A DNA stretch of 59,113 bases, filler included. It is 4 parts of 4 records of this genome, joined end to end, with 100 filler letters (N's around TTAATTAATTAA, not from the genome) between each part and the next. Parts side by side here need not be neighbours in the genome. Positions count along the whole stretch, not along the records: positions 13,372 to 43,840 come from DRR378314_1096; positions 43,941 to 50,769 come from DRR378314_1108; 2 more parts are not named here. One strand, written 5' to 3'. A model generated the notes under the pieces. It was not told the DNA's origin. It saw only the letters and a program-made list of their open reading frames with translations, and did no database searches. Positions 39,562 to 50,869 of the stretch are shown here, one piece after another (position 1 is the first letter of the stretch; each line of letters begins with the position of its first letter). The position numbers and the translations under genes are program-made.

Positions 39562-39820
39562 TAAGCGGCCTGCGAAATAGGCGGTTGGTGATTTTAGACT
39601 GTCAGGAAGCCGACGAATTAACCATGATCAGGAAGGCCGGTATTCACAATAAGTGGCGGCATCACGCGCCTGTCCATAGTGAAACCAGAGCTAGACGACT
39701 AATTTCTAATGACGGCAGCAATCATTATCTGCTAGTTTTTAGGCTAATTATATTTTGACAGTTGCAGGTTGCTGAATAAACGTAAGCGGAGTCGGTTACT
39801 GCGATCAGACACCTTGCTAG

Positions 39821-39848
39821 AAGTCTGTTTTCGACCCATGGCTGACTT
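39821..39848 (+). repeat. Dispersed short repeat, type A copy 2
   Basis: AAGTCTGTTTTCGACCCATGGCTGACTT; terminal AAGTC/GACTT dyad; core identical to 13633-13645. Confidence 0.7.
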
Positions 39849-40035
39849 CAGGCACATAGGGGAGGCTCTATGTAGATTAGGAATTAATGTAATTTACTCA
39901 AACCAATCCGTTCCGGCACGGTTATGCCCCAAAACGTTTTAGTCTTTTTGCAACTATCAATTCGAAAACCTTTTATCTGACCTAATTTTCTTTATCCAAC
40001 CAGGTGATTAGGGTCTGTCTCGTTAGGGGCATGAA

Positions 40036-41778
40036 ATGTCATTAGAAGATACAAAAGCTCGGTTACTAGCGGCAAGTGAAACGGCAGAAGAGCTGCTTGC
40101 TCAGGTTAATAATCTGTATGTCGAGGGAAAACAGTTTGAAGAGAATGTCTTGACAGATGCGCTGTCTCAGCTGCACAACGCAGGAGAGATTGATCTCGTC
40201 GAGATAGTAAGAGGAGTTGATAAAAGCTCCGGCGGACACGATTTTTTCACAGTTTTGCATGTCTTTGAAAGCGCGCTACCTTCATTAGATGCAAGTGTTG
40301 AAGATGTCCTGCATTGCCTGCTTCACCTCACGCAGCAGGCTGGCAGAGATTTGGCTATTAGTGGAATATATGGGGCCTTTGAACGTTTCTGTCGCGTGGA
40401 AGCACAGCGTTCCAGAGATAGCATTGGATTTATCCTTTCACAAAGTGAGCTAAGTACATATGCCCCTTTTCTCTCCAGCTCAATCCTCGCATACGACTCA
40501 GATCGTGTAACCGATGCTATCCAAACGACAGAAAGTCTAATTGCTAACAGAAATGAGATTATCAGAAGCCAAGCATACTTTGCTTTGGGGAGGCTTGATG
40601 TAGATTACGCTCACGCTAATGTCGTTTGGCAACTAATTAGTGGCAGTGCCAGTGGCGAACATGAAAGTGGCTGTTGTGCTTCGATACTGCGGGCGACAAT
40701 TAAATTTGGAGAAGCATTCCCATCTTATTGGACGCAGATTGAAGAGTTTTTGCTTACGTTTGTTGAGGGAGCGTCTCCAGAGGTTCTCTATGAGATATCA
40801 AATGTTATCGCCTTTCAGAGAGTTGATTTACCAGAGTGTGTTCTAGAGATTCTGGTAAAGCAGTTAGAAAATGCTTCCCCTGAGCACAAAGGCATCATAG
40901 ATAATATCGATCATTTATTGGTCAATCTAGTTAAAAAGGGATCCTCTTCACTTGCTCTAAAGTTATTGGAATCGATTTTGACTCTAGGCGTGAAGTTCCC
41001 CCAACTGGATTACTTTTCCAGAGAACTACTAAGCAAGCACCGCGAGCTACTTAATCATATTGTCACAAAGTGGTTTTTGTCCGGTGATTCCACACTTTGC
41101 CATGGTGTTTCAGATCTACTTCATGACGTTACGGGAAAAGATATCGAGCTAGAAGCAGATATGGCATTGCTAGGTGATGACGTAAAGCAAGTGTTTGTTA
41201 GCCACAAGGCTGTCGGTTGGCTGTTCACGCAGCCTATAGCAGCGGCAAGCTTTATTCTATCAATTTACGAAACTAGTTCGAGAACTACGCGTAGAGATCT
41301 TGATCAGATTTTGTATGACCCCTTGCTTTTAAGTTATCCGGGGGAGCTTAAGCGATTCTTCCAATCGTGCATTGATAAAGGCTTTCAAGCAGACCCATGT
41401 GAGCGGTTGCTTGATAAGCTTCAGGCTTATCATGCTGATATTGAGAAAGTATCTGGGTTAAAAGAGTTGATGGCACCCAGAGAAAATATAAGCGTTTATT
41501 GGAAAGAATTCAACAAGAGTATGCAGGCAGTCTACGAAGATGTATCAAGAGGATCGATTATTGATCTGATAGCAACAAAGCAGACGCTATTGTATGGTGA
41601 TAGCTCAATTTATTACGTACACCAGGGAGATGGAGAGCAAATGCGAAAAGAGATGCAAATGCAGTCTTTTTCCCATTCGACTGAAATGCCAAGGTTAAAC
41701 ATCTTAGACCCAGAGTCACTAGATTACATTTTACGAGTTTACCGTTGTGAGAGAATAAAAAATGAAGTTAATTCTTAA
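40036..41778 (+). CDS. Hypothetical alpha-helical (HEAT/adaptin-like) protein; first gene of a putative defence pair (OloA-like candidate)
   Basis: 580 aa, Leu-rich amphipathic helices (e.g. EIIRSQAYFALGRL); AT-rich; overlaps the next gene by 17 bp. Confidence 0.6.
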   Translation: MSLEDTKARLLAASETAEELLAQVNNLYVEGKQFEENVLTDALSQLHNAGEIDLVEIVRGVDKSSGGHDFFTVLHVFESALPSLDASVEDVLHCLLHLTQQAGRDLAISGIYGAFERFCRVEAQRSRDSIGFILSQSELSTYAPFLSSSILAYDSDRVTDAIQTTESLIANRNEIIRSQAYFALGRLDVDYAHANVVWQLISGSASGEHESGCCASILRATIKFGEAFPSYWTQIEEFLLTFVEGASPEVLYEISNVIAFQRVDLPECVLEILVKQLENASPEHKGIIDNIDHLLVNLVKKGSSSLALKLLESILTLGVKFPQLDYFSRELLSKHRELLNHIVTKWFLSGDSTLCHGVSDLLHDVTGKDIELEADMALLGDDVKQVFVSHKAVGWLFTQPIAAASFILSIYETSSRTTRRDLDQILYDPLLLSYPGELKRFFQSCIDKGFQADPCERLLDKLQAYHADIEKVSGLKELMAPRENISVYWKEFNKSMQAVYEDVSRGSIIDLIATKQTLLYGDSSIYYVHQGDGEQMRKEMQMQSFSHSTEMPRLNILDPESLDYILRVYRCERIKNEVNS

Positions 41779-43468
41779 GCAATACTTAGCCTCCCTCAAG
41801 GAGCGCAAGGAATTGGATGCTGTATTACCCGACCTATTGAGCAGTATGGGAATGAATGTGTTTATTTCACCGACTCGTGGGATTAAAGAATATGGTGTCG
41901 ATATAGCAGCGGTAGGTCAATTACAAGATGATGAGGAAGAGTCGGTTTATCTATTTTCTGTAAAATCTGGAAACCTGACCCGCGAAACTTGGAGTGGGCA
42001 ATCTAGCCAGTCATTGCTTCCCTCGTTACAAGAAATTCTATATGGGTTTATCCACAGTCGAATACCTCCTCAATACAGCGGTAAACCAATTGTAATCTGT
42101 TTATGTTTTGGAGGGGATATAAATTCCGGAATTCGCCAAGAAGTCACAGGGTTTGAAAATTTTAACTCCCATGATAATTTAAGATTTGAAGAGTGGAATG
42201 GCGATAAACTCTCAGAGTTTATACAGCAGTACTTATTGAAAGAAGAGTTGCTGCCTAGCTCCAGTCAGGCTTTTTTAAGAAAGTCCTTGGCTTTACTTGA
42301 AGAACCCGAGAGTTCAAGAAAACATTTCTCACTGTTGATTGATGAAGTTTTGTCAAATGCCACTGATGCCGATTCTGTTGCATCGTCCATAACTCGGATT
42401 AACGTTTGTTTATGGGTTTTGTTTTCCTGGTGTCGTGACTGTGGCAATTTGGAAGCTGTATACCTTTCATCTGAGCGAGCACTACTCTTAGCTTGGAACA
42501 AGGTTAAAGGCTACTACACAGGAAGGAACAAAGCGTCCAAAGCTTTCGATAATATTTTAGATACATATCAGCAAATTACTGATTGTTATTTAGACCAATG
42601 TTTAATTCCGTATGTTGAACTGAAATATGCGCTCTCTCATGCGGTTTATTCCCCGTGTTCAATCGATGTAAATATAAAACTGTTTGATGTGCTAGGGCGT
42701 TTATCGGTTAAAGGGCACTGGATACTAGACTCACTCTCAAAGAGTTATGCCGAAAACCCTCCAGCAGATGGAGAGAGCGAATATCAGGAACAGTTACGTC
42801 TTCGTCTCAGGGAAATAACAAGGTCGATTAACTTTTTGGTTGTTAATAATCCAATATTGCTAACTCCATACAAAGACTCGCAGGCTATAGATCTTGGCCT
42901 GGCTTTAACCTTGCTTTCAAATGATTCAGAACTTGATGAGTTTGTACAGAGTTGGCTGAAGGAGATTGTCAATAGGTGCATGTTCTCTTTTGATAGTAAT
43001 GGTATGTATCCAATCGTTCATAATTCATACGAAAAGCTGCTTGAGCATAAAAACAAAGTCAATGTTGACGGAAGCTATAAAAATAAAGTTACTGAGGCTA
43101 GTGTTTTATACCCATTGCTAGCGGTTTTTAGTTCTTTGTATAAGCTGGATTCAGTAAGCCAAGATTTGGGGAAGTTTGCCAAAGATAAACTGGCACATAG
43201 CACGTTACAATATTGGTATCCAAACCAACATAGTGAGCAGTTTATGTACTCTAACTCAGATGTGCATGGTTCTACGTCAACTAACTTTCCGATGGATGGA
43301 AGCTTAGCGCTAGAGCATATAAAGCAAGAATGTAGCAATGCTGATTCGTTCAAGAGAATGTCAGCCGTTACTAGTGGCAAGTCTCCTTTGGTGCTTACAG
43401 CTTGTCGCTGCTACCGATATCCAGTTCCTTTTCATTATCTTGAGGACTGGCTCACTGCATCTGAGTAA
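41762..43468 (+). CDS. Protein with N-terminal Mrr-like PD-(D/E)xK nuclease domain and helical C-terminus (OloB-like candidate)
   Basis: ELD...DLLSSMG...EYGVDIAAV...YLFSVKSG...EEWNGDKLSEFI follows the Mrr-type restriction-endonuclease pattern. Confidence 0.7.
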   Translation: MKLILKQYLASLKERKELDAVLPDLLSSMGMNVFISPTRGIKEYGVDIAAVGQLQDDEEESVYLFSVKSGNLTRETWSGQSSQSLLPSLQEILYGFIHSRIPPQYSGKPIVICLCFGGDINSGIRQEVTGFENFNSHDNLRFEEWNGDKLSEFIQQYLLKEELLPSSSQAFLRKSLALLEEPESSRKHFSLLIDEVLSNATDADSVASSITRINVCLWVLFSWCRDCGNLEAVYLSSERALLLAWNKVKGYYTGRNKASKAFDNILDTYQQITDCYLDQCLIPYVELKYALSHAVYSPCSIDVNIKLFDVLGRLSVKGHWILDSLSKSYAENPPADGESEYQEQLRLRLREITRSINFLVVNNPILLTPYKDSQAIDLGLALTLLSNDSELDEFVQSWLKEIVNRCMFSFDSNGMYPIVHNSYEKLLEHKNKVNVDGSYKNKVTEASVLYPLLAVFSSLYKLDSVSQDLGKFAKDKLAHSTLQYWYPNQHSEQFMYSNSDVHGSTSTNFPMDGSLALEHIKQECSNADSFKRMSAVTSGKSPLVLTACRCYRYPVPFHYLEDWLTASE

Positions 43469-43514
43469 ATAGGTAAGTCTGATATTTTCAGCCCCTTTAT
43501 TCGATCAAGTACGG

Positions 43515-43584
43515 GTCTAACAATGCACCGCTCTCGTCAAAATACTAGTATGGCTCGCATTTTTCGGTGGGCTCTGCGTCACAT
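43515..43584 (+). mobile_element. Decayed attC-like site
   Basis: R'' GTCTAAC 46 bp after the stop codon; imperfect dyad (CACCG...AAAAT / ATTTT...CGGTG); mutated R' GTCACAT. Confidence 0.5.
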
Positions 43585-43596
43585 AAGGATCGCTTA

Positions 43597-43626
43597 AAAG
43601 ACCGCTCCTGGCCGATTTCAGACCTT
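43597..43626 (+). repeat. Dispersed short repeat, type B copy 3
   Basis: AAAGACCGCTCCTGGCCGATTTCAGACCTT. Confidence 0.8.
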
Positions 43627-43840
43627 CGATCCATCTGGCGAAGTTCATTATGTGCGTTAAGCTAAAAACGTTAGGTTTCTAAGTTATGCGGACATGACGT
43701 TTTATCATCTTCTGAGGCTGACCAGTCGGCTCTCGTTTTCAAGCTGTTTAGATTGCTAGGGGACAAGTGTGGTCGAATCATTACGTGAGTTGCTAACTGA
43801 TTTAGAGTAGTTTGGCCAGGAAAACGATGCTGCCATTGCT

Positions 43841-43940
43841 NNNNNNNNNNNNNNNNNNNNNNNNNNNNNNNNNNNNNNNNNNNNTTAATTAATTAANNNN
43901 NNNNNNNNNNNNNNNNNNNNNNNNNNNNNNNNNNNNNNNN
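43841..43940. other. Artificial contig-joining spacer
   Basis: N44-TTAATTAATTAA-N44. Confidence 0.97.
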
Positions 43941-44113
43941 ATTGTTATTGTTATTGTTATTGTTATTGTTTGGCTTTTGCTTTTTGCTCCAGCGCATCTT
44001 CTTTGGAATGCGCAGAATGGTTTGGTTCCTTCACAAACCCCGGGATGCTACTTGGAGTCAGATACACGTTGTGTGCCCCGGTGCTTTTCCTCGCTGTGCT
44101 ACGCGATGTGCAG

Positions 44114-47100
44114 TCCCGGCCCTGACGCTCGAGCGAGGCTCGCTGACGTGCATCGTGGGCAAAGTCGGCGCGGGGAAAAGCGCGCTTCTCAGGGCGATCG
44201 TGGGCGAAATGGAGGTTCCCGGTGATCCGCTCATTCCCGTAGATACACCAGTTGCATACTGTCCACAGACGCCGTTTATTCTCAGCGGGACGATTGTCGA
44301 TAATGTATGTCTTGGACAAGAGGTCGATCAAGAGAGGTGCGCTCGTTCCCTTGAGCATGGAAGAGCGCAGCGCGATCCTCCTTCTCGTCCTGTCCATGAA
44401 CGCTAGCCCCACGTTGGAGACGCGCTGCTGAAACGCTCCGCAACGCATGTTCGCCCCGACTTGCTGTGGGAGATGGCGGATAGAAGGAAACTCCTTCTGC
44501 TGCTGCGAATTGTACCGGGTAGAGGCGATTAGCGCCCCCGGTCCAGTGCTCGAGCAGGGAGGAAAGGCGCTTGCGGGGCAGTAACTGTTGTGGTTCTCTC
44601 GCCCTCGAGCGGACTTTCTCACCACGTATCGCGCGCCGTACGCGCGCGCGGCATGCGTCGCATTGTGCTGTCGATAGGCTCGCGCGTGCGATCTCTGTCT
44701 CTCAGCTCGGCGCAGACATCCAGCAAATGCCGCTCCGCGAATTCACCGAGATTGGCGAGAAAGGAGTGAACCTCTCTGGGGGACAACGCGCCCGTGTAGC
44801 CCTAGCCCGCGCTGTGTATTCCAGGGCACCGCTGATCGCACTGGACGATGTCACGGCTGCCGTCGACGCGCACGTCGCGCAGCAGATCTACGACGCGTGC
44901 ATTCGCGGCGCGCTTCGCGATCGCATTGTCGTCTGGGCAACGCACGCGCTTGCTATGGCGGACAAGGCAGATCAGGTGCGCGTCCCGCGACGTCGCCGCG
45001 GTCACTCCCAGCATCACCCAGCCTGCTCCCACGTCCTACTCGCGCCCCTATCCTCTCTTCTACACACAGCATACAGCAGCAAAAAGCACCCATTTACATG
45101 TATAACCGCATATGGGATTCACATGCAGATAATCTTTGTTCATGATCAGCGAGGTGAAGTCGTCGAGGGAGACGACCGAGCCGCAGCGATACGGGGACTT
45201 CGCTCGCAGAGCGAAAGCGACACAACGGTGCGCCCGTGCAAACACATAACACATATCGTCTACAATATACCTTCTCATACACAGCTTCGGATGCAATCAT
45301 TCCTTGGTCGTATTTTGGTGCGCATAAGGAGTGAGTTAGTGCTGCTCGTTTTACCCGCTGCAGCACTGCTGTGTGGATTGCAGTACTCGGTAACGCACCG
45401 TGAGAGCGGGATCCGCGCCAGCCCATCAGCGACACCGATGCACCCGGGATACGTATCGCTCAGGAATGACGTACAGCCGCACATTGTTGCACTTCATGGG
45501 ACGTTCAGGTGCCGGGACATGTGCATGAGGACCCCGACGAAGGGCAAGGCAATGGCGCGCTGAGTGGAAGTATCACTGTTGATGAAGAGCGCTATACGGA
45601 TCGATCGTCGCTCTCGGTGTGGAAAGGATACGTCTCGCGTGCTGGAGCACGAGTTTCGCTCTGTACGTTCTTCGCAAACGAGAAAAAGTTCGACAGCCTT
45701 GCCGTTTTCTCTGAATCATTATGGCGATAGTACAAAAATTGTACACTCTTCAAGAGATTCTGTATAGCATATAAACTGCGATTGCGCCAGGACCGTCGAA
45801 TTTTTCGGGAATAGAGGGTGATGCGCAAAGACGAGATGTAGGCATTGATGTGTCAGAGACTGTATCGTCTATTAGATTCAGACATCGCGCGAAATGGTTA
45901 CGAGAGGCAGTGTGAAGGATATGTATTGTATCAGCGCTTGTCTTGACCAAATTCTGTACGTGGGTTCCGCACGATGTGTTACTTACCAGCGCTTCAACGA
46001 GCGTATGTGGAGCACGTAGTTCGGTTCAGGTCCTTCTTTCGGTGTCTGCGCCGCGAGGTGAAAAGTAGCATTGGTTCGCACAAGAATGCAAGAGCTTCCT
46101 CAAGTCCCCGTATTTCTGTCTTTATTGGCAGCGACTCGGTCGTCACTGCCGGTCCTCCACGAACATCATGGCATCAGGGGATCCAGTATCGATTCCTACG
46201 CTCAGTGCCTTTACTATTCCGTTGATGGTGCTCTCGCCGCTCGCGAAACGCTTCGGTATGCTGCGACCTCATTCTGATTCTCGTCCCCGTGTGATGCAGT
46301 TGCGCTTGTGTTCATGGTGCTCCAGCAGGGATTCCTCTCTGGCTCCGACGTGTGGCTTGCGCTGTGGACCTCGGACGCGTTCGATCTGTCTACCGCGTCC
46401 TACGCCGGAGTCTTTGCTGCCTTTGCAATCGCTGCTGGGCTCTGTATGTTCATAGCTCTGGCAATTTGGGCGACGCTGAGCTATTCAGCATCGGAAAAAT
46501 TGCACCGTGACATGTTCCATCGCATCGTTCGCGCGCCGATGAGCTTCTTCGACTCGAATCCGTCCGGCCGTATCTACAACAGGTCCGCTATCGGGTGTCT
46601 TGCAGCGCTTTCCTCCATCCATTCAGCCATTTTTTCCTCCCAGGAAGACATATAATGCGAGCAAGTTCCGGAATCTACAAATAGCTTCGCGCTGAGGATA
46701 AATCAGTAAATATATTGCGCAGAGGGAGGGAGGAAGTCCTAATCGGGCGCTGAGAGCTGTTCTGTGCTGACAGGATAAGCGTCGAGGATGGAACGCTGCG
46801 ACACAAGTTTCGACACACTTGCGTTCCTTTGCCGCCCATCGCATTAGTAATTCCTGTATCTCTCTCTGAATCACTTCCTTTTCTTTTGGTGTAAACCCTT
46901 GTGATCCCAGTATCCGCGGTGCAGTTTTTTTCCATAATTTTTTATCGGAATGAACTTGCTGTCTCCTCATGCAGGTTCTCCTTCGATACCGATGTGACAG
47001 ATGTGCAACTGCCGGCAAAGAGCTCAAGTCTCGCGCGATCGGCTGTATCCATTCTCGCAACCTTTACCGTTGTCATCGTCATCCTTCCTCCGACTATTGT

Positions 47101-48687
47101 CGCGTTCGCCATCATCGTGTACGTGTACGTGCGCATCCAAGCCTTCTTTGCGCGGACTTCGCGCGAGCTGCGTCGATTGCACTCGATCACCATTAGTCCC
47201 GTGCTAGCGCTCTTTGCGGAGACTCTGGAAGGCGCTGAGACGATACGCGCTTTCCAGTGCTGTACAGTCTTTCGTGAGAGAATGCACGATTTACAGCAAC
47301 GGAATCTTCGCGCCTTTTGGCGAATGCATCTCTGCAATCGCTGGCTCGGTGTGAGGCTGGATGTGCTTGGTGCTGTGGTCGTGCTGGTCTCGGCAGTCGG
47401 AGCCGCGTGGCTGCAAGGCGGCGGTTCAGCAGCCGACACATCGCTGGCTGCTCTGGTAGTAGTTCAGTCTTTTTCTATCACTGGAGTCTTGAACTGGTGT
47501 ATACGCGACTTCACGGAAACAGAGATGAATATTGCGAGCGTGGAGCGAATCATGCACTACTCAACCGAGGTCGAAACGGAGGACGAACGCGCAGCGGCAG
47601 CACGGGCGAACAGGGAGATGGCGCCGCTCGTTTCCCAGCCGCGATCCTGGCCATCGCAGGGCGCAGTTCTATTCGACCATATATCAGTACGGTACCGAGA
47701 CGATATGCCAATGATATTGCGGGATTTTTCGCTTCACGTCCGTCCTGGCGAGAAAATAGGTATTTGTGGCAGAACTGGGTCCGGTAAAAGTACTATCCTC
47801 GCGACGCTCTTCCGCCTCATCGAGCCCACGCACGGACGTGTGCTGGTCGGTACGTACACGGCACTTGTATTCCATCACTTCTTGTCTTTTGTTGCAATAA
47901 ACTCGACCTTTTTGGTCACATAGATCGCTGGGCTTACGCGTGCAGAGACGGTGGAAGATCATAGTGTGTGGTAGCGGGACGCACTGCCTGCTGCCGTGTA
48001 CGTGCAGTCAGCTCGCGCGCTGTTCTCCGCAACCAGGCGTGAGAATACTCCTACCCTGACGTAACGCCTTCCGCTGTATGCTTCCGCGTGCTCTCTTGAG
48101 TTCTTTCCGCTACGTTGTACAAATGTTTGTCGTGTGGATTAAGTTCTGACACTGTACTCACACGGTTGTATTGCTCCTCCTCAGATGGAGTCGATACGGG
48201 TAGTCTTCCACTTTCTCAACTGCGACAGCACATCGGCATTGTCCCGCAAGAGCCCGTTCTCTTCGAAGGCTCCGTACGCTACAACGTGTGCCTCTCAGAG
48301 CATAGTCCCGTAAGCGATGACGACGTGTGGCAAGCGCTTCAATACGTTCAGCTCGATGAGAAAGTGCGGTCGCTTCCTCGTCAACTTGATACGCTTCTCG
48401 ACGGTGATGGGTCGGGGTTAAGTCTAGGGGAGAGGCAGCTCATCTGCGTTGCCCGCGTGATTCTCCAGCGGCCGAAAATTCTTGTGCTCGACGAAGCAAC
48501 AGCTTCGGTCGATCTTCGCACGGAAGAAGCCATTCAGGCAGCACTCGATCTAGTGTTTCAAGAAACGACAGTCATATCAATTGCGCATAGGCTACAGACG
48601 CTTGGCAAGTGCAATCGCATTGTCGTACTGCAGAAAGGAACGATCGCCACCATTCACGACCGAGACGCTGCAAGTGCAGATTCCTAG
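44114..48687 (+). CDS. ABCC/MRP-family ABC transporter, 3' part (NBD1-TMD2-NBD2), multi-exon, 5'-truncated
   Basis: Exon fragments GKVGAGKS, EIGEKGVNLSGGQRARVALARAVY, RAPMSFFDSNPSGRIYNR, SRELRRL, NRWLGVRL, GICGRTGSGKS, LSLGERQLIC, DEATASVD, IAHRL; GT-AG introns. Exon boundaries are only partly resolved. Confidence 0.92.
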
Positions 48688-49888
48688 CAGCGCTTGTCCT
48701 ACATGAAGCACGCACCGGACGCCAACGTTCCAAAAGCCATGCAATAGAACGCATTTCTTCTAATTTATTTTTGTCTCGCCTCGTTGTTCTGACAAACGAG
48801 CAATAAATACAATGGTGCCATTTACCGTTCTCTTTCTCTCTCTCGTTCCTGATGTACTGTATACCATTTCCGTGCCTCGTGCTTCCGGACCACTATATAC
48901 AATCGCATCGCCAAGAGATTGATATGATGCACATCGAATTCTAACGTAACGCACACTCGGGCCCTGAGAAGATACGGATCGAAGCAGTATTATATCTCGT
49001 TCTTCTTGTACTGTGAGCAGGAGAATGAGATGCAAGAGGAAAGCCCAAAGCGACAGGCTCGTGAAACGGAATCCCGTTGATAACCCCAGAACTCAACCAA
49101 CTTCCCGGGTCGAATCCCAGTTCCAAAGGAAACGCGCTTCGTGGCGGATCCGCGCAGCAAAACAGACACCTTGCCAAAAAAAAAAGGTGGCACATCGAAT
49201 ACTGGGAATAGAAATATATACAAGAAGACAGTCGCAGTTGTACAAGCATTACGCGCCATCATCGCAGTCAAAACAGAAGCGAGTCGGCTTGCGCTGTAGC
49301 GCATTGCTCGCGTGTGCGCTATTTCGAACCACCAGCTTGATTTGCCAGCCTCCCTTCCTTGAGAAGAGCAGCTGCCTCGTCGCATAAATCGATGGATTCA
49401 TGGATTTGCAACATATGCGGAAGCCAAATTGGCGAAAATGCGTTTATCACGACATGCAACCATTGTTTCTGTACGGCGAGGAAGCACTTTGCTTGTGGTT
49501 CCGTTCTTGTACCGCGACACAGTCACGCGCTACCATAGCTGGTGGCAACGTTTCCCAGGCTTACACCTGAAGTCACAGTCAATGTCGATTGTTCATCTTT
49601 GCGTCACACAAAATGGAAATTTTCGATTTCTTACCGTAAACTAAAGAGATCGTCTGTACCGGTGGGAGTTCAACAAAGGAGAAGACTTGCAAATTTGCGT
49701 ACCAGGAGTGCCTACGCACCAGCGCTGGTGTACAAGCGTTTACAAGGTTGTCGTGCGCGCCACAGCGGGAGGGATACACTAAAGCGCCTCCTCTCTGTCA
49801 CATCAACCTAAAAATTTTCGTTTCTTTTCAAACATGATTCTATTTTCAAACTTCTTACGGGAAAAGTGGCTCTTTCTCGTGCCTGCAG

Positions 49889-50769
49889 GTGAACAAGAGA
49901 CCAGTCTAATTGCAGGGCACAGTAGGCAAGGCGACGCAGCCGACGGGGCTTCCAGGGCGCTTGGTGATCGGCGCTCCGCCCCTGGCGACTGTGTCCAATG
50001 CCCTGTATGCAAAATCGAACTCGAACCAACGTAAGCGTACTTTTGTAGAAACGATTCTTAGAAATCTGGACTCTAGTTTCTCCAAATAGCAACTATGCAT
50101 TTGTTAGCACAGAAATCTTCACCGAAGTCGAGTGCTGGATACGCGAGCCAGCCCAGTGTTGCGACCACCACCGATTCAGTGCGCGGCGAACGGCGAACTT
50201 CTGACCCAGTGCAGCGAGACACTATATCGGAAAGGCGAGAGAGTGAATCTTTCGTTCTTCTTCTGAGCGATATACATACCCCATTAATACTTTTTGCCAG
50301 AGCAACTTGATAACTTTCTTTTTAGCAAAATGGATCGCAATTCCTGGTTGCAGGAGAGACATTGTATTCACAAAAGTGGACGCGAGGCAAATCCAGCTCT
50401 TCCGCCTGCTCAGCAAGCGCCTCGGTGCCCAATTTGGTACGTTTGAAGCCATTCGACCTCTACGAGCGCCACACGTAGCAGAAAATCACGCTGCCCTATC
50501 CCCCGGAATTTGTCTGACTTTGCGTTCTCGTTCTCTTCACTACTCCAACAGCTGTTGACTTGGTGCTCGAGGCATGCAGCTTCGAACGCGAGCAATCGTA
50601 CGTTTTGCATGGTCCGGCTCTTTCCGCCCTCTCGAATTCCCAGCTAGCAACGCGCTCCGCTTGTGTGCAAAGTGCGCCAACAGTCTCTCTTTGGACACAC
50701 TATAGCGACCAGCAGCCTTTGCCGCGCGACATGCAAGAACTGACACGTTTTCCGACGGAATCATTTGTG
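49889..50769 (+). CDS. Possible multi-exon gene fragment with a UBZ-like Zn knuckle and a BRCT-like segment
   Basis: VQCPVC exon bounded by AG/GT sites; later IVFTKVD...LSKRLGAQF exon. Not fully reconstructed. Confidence 0.25.
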
Positions 50770-50869
50770 NNNNNNNNNNNNNNNNNNNNNNNNNNNNNNN
50801 NNNNNNNNNNNNNTTAATTAATTAANNNNNNNNNNNNNNNNNNNNNNNNNNNNNNNNNNNNNNNNNNNN
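50770..50869. other. Artificial contig-joining spacer
   Basis: N44-TTAATTAATTAA-N44. Confidence 0.97.

Noticed and set aside
43636-43695. Additional degenerate copies of the A/B motif (also ~13548-13575 and ~22175-22220)
   Set aside because: Similarity is too weak to support by eye; it needs a PWM scan.
13372-43840. Horizontal transfer of bacterial genes into the protist genome
   Set aside because: Both junctions are artificial spacers, so there is no sequence continuity.
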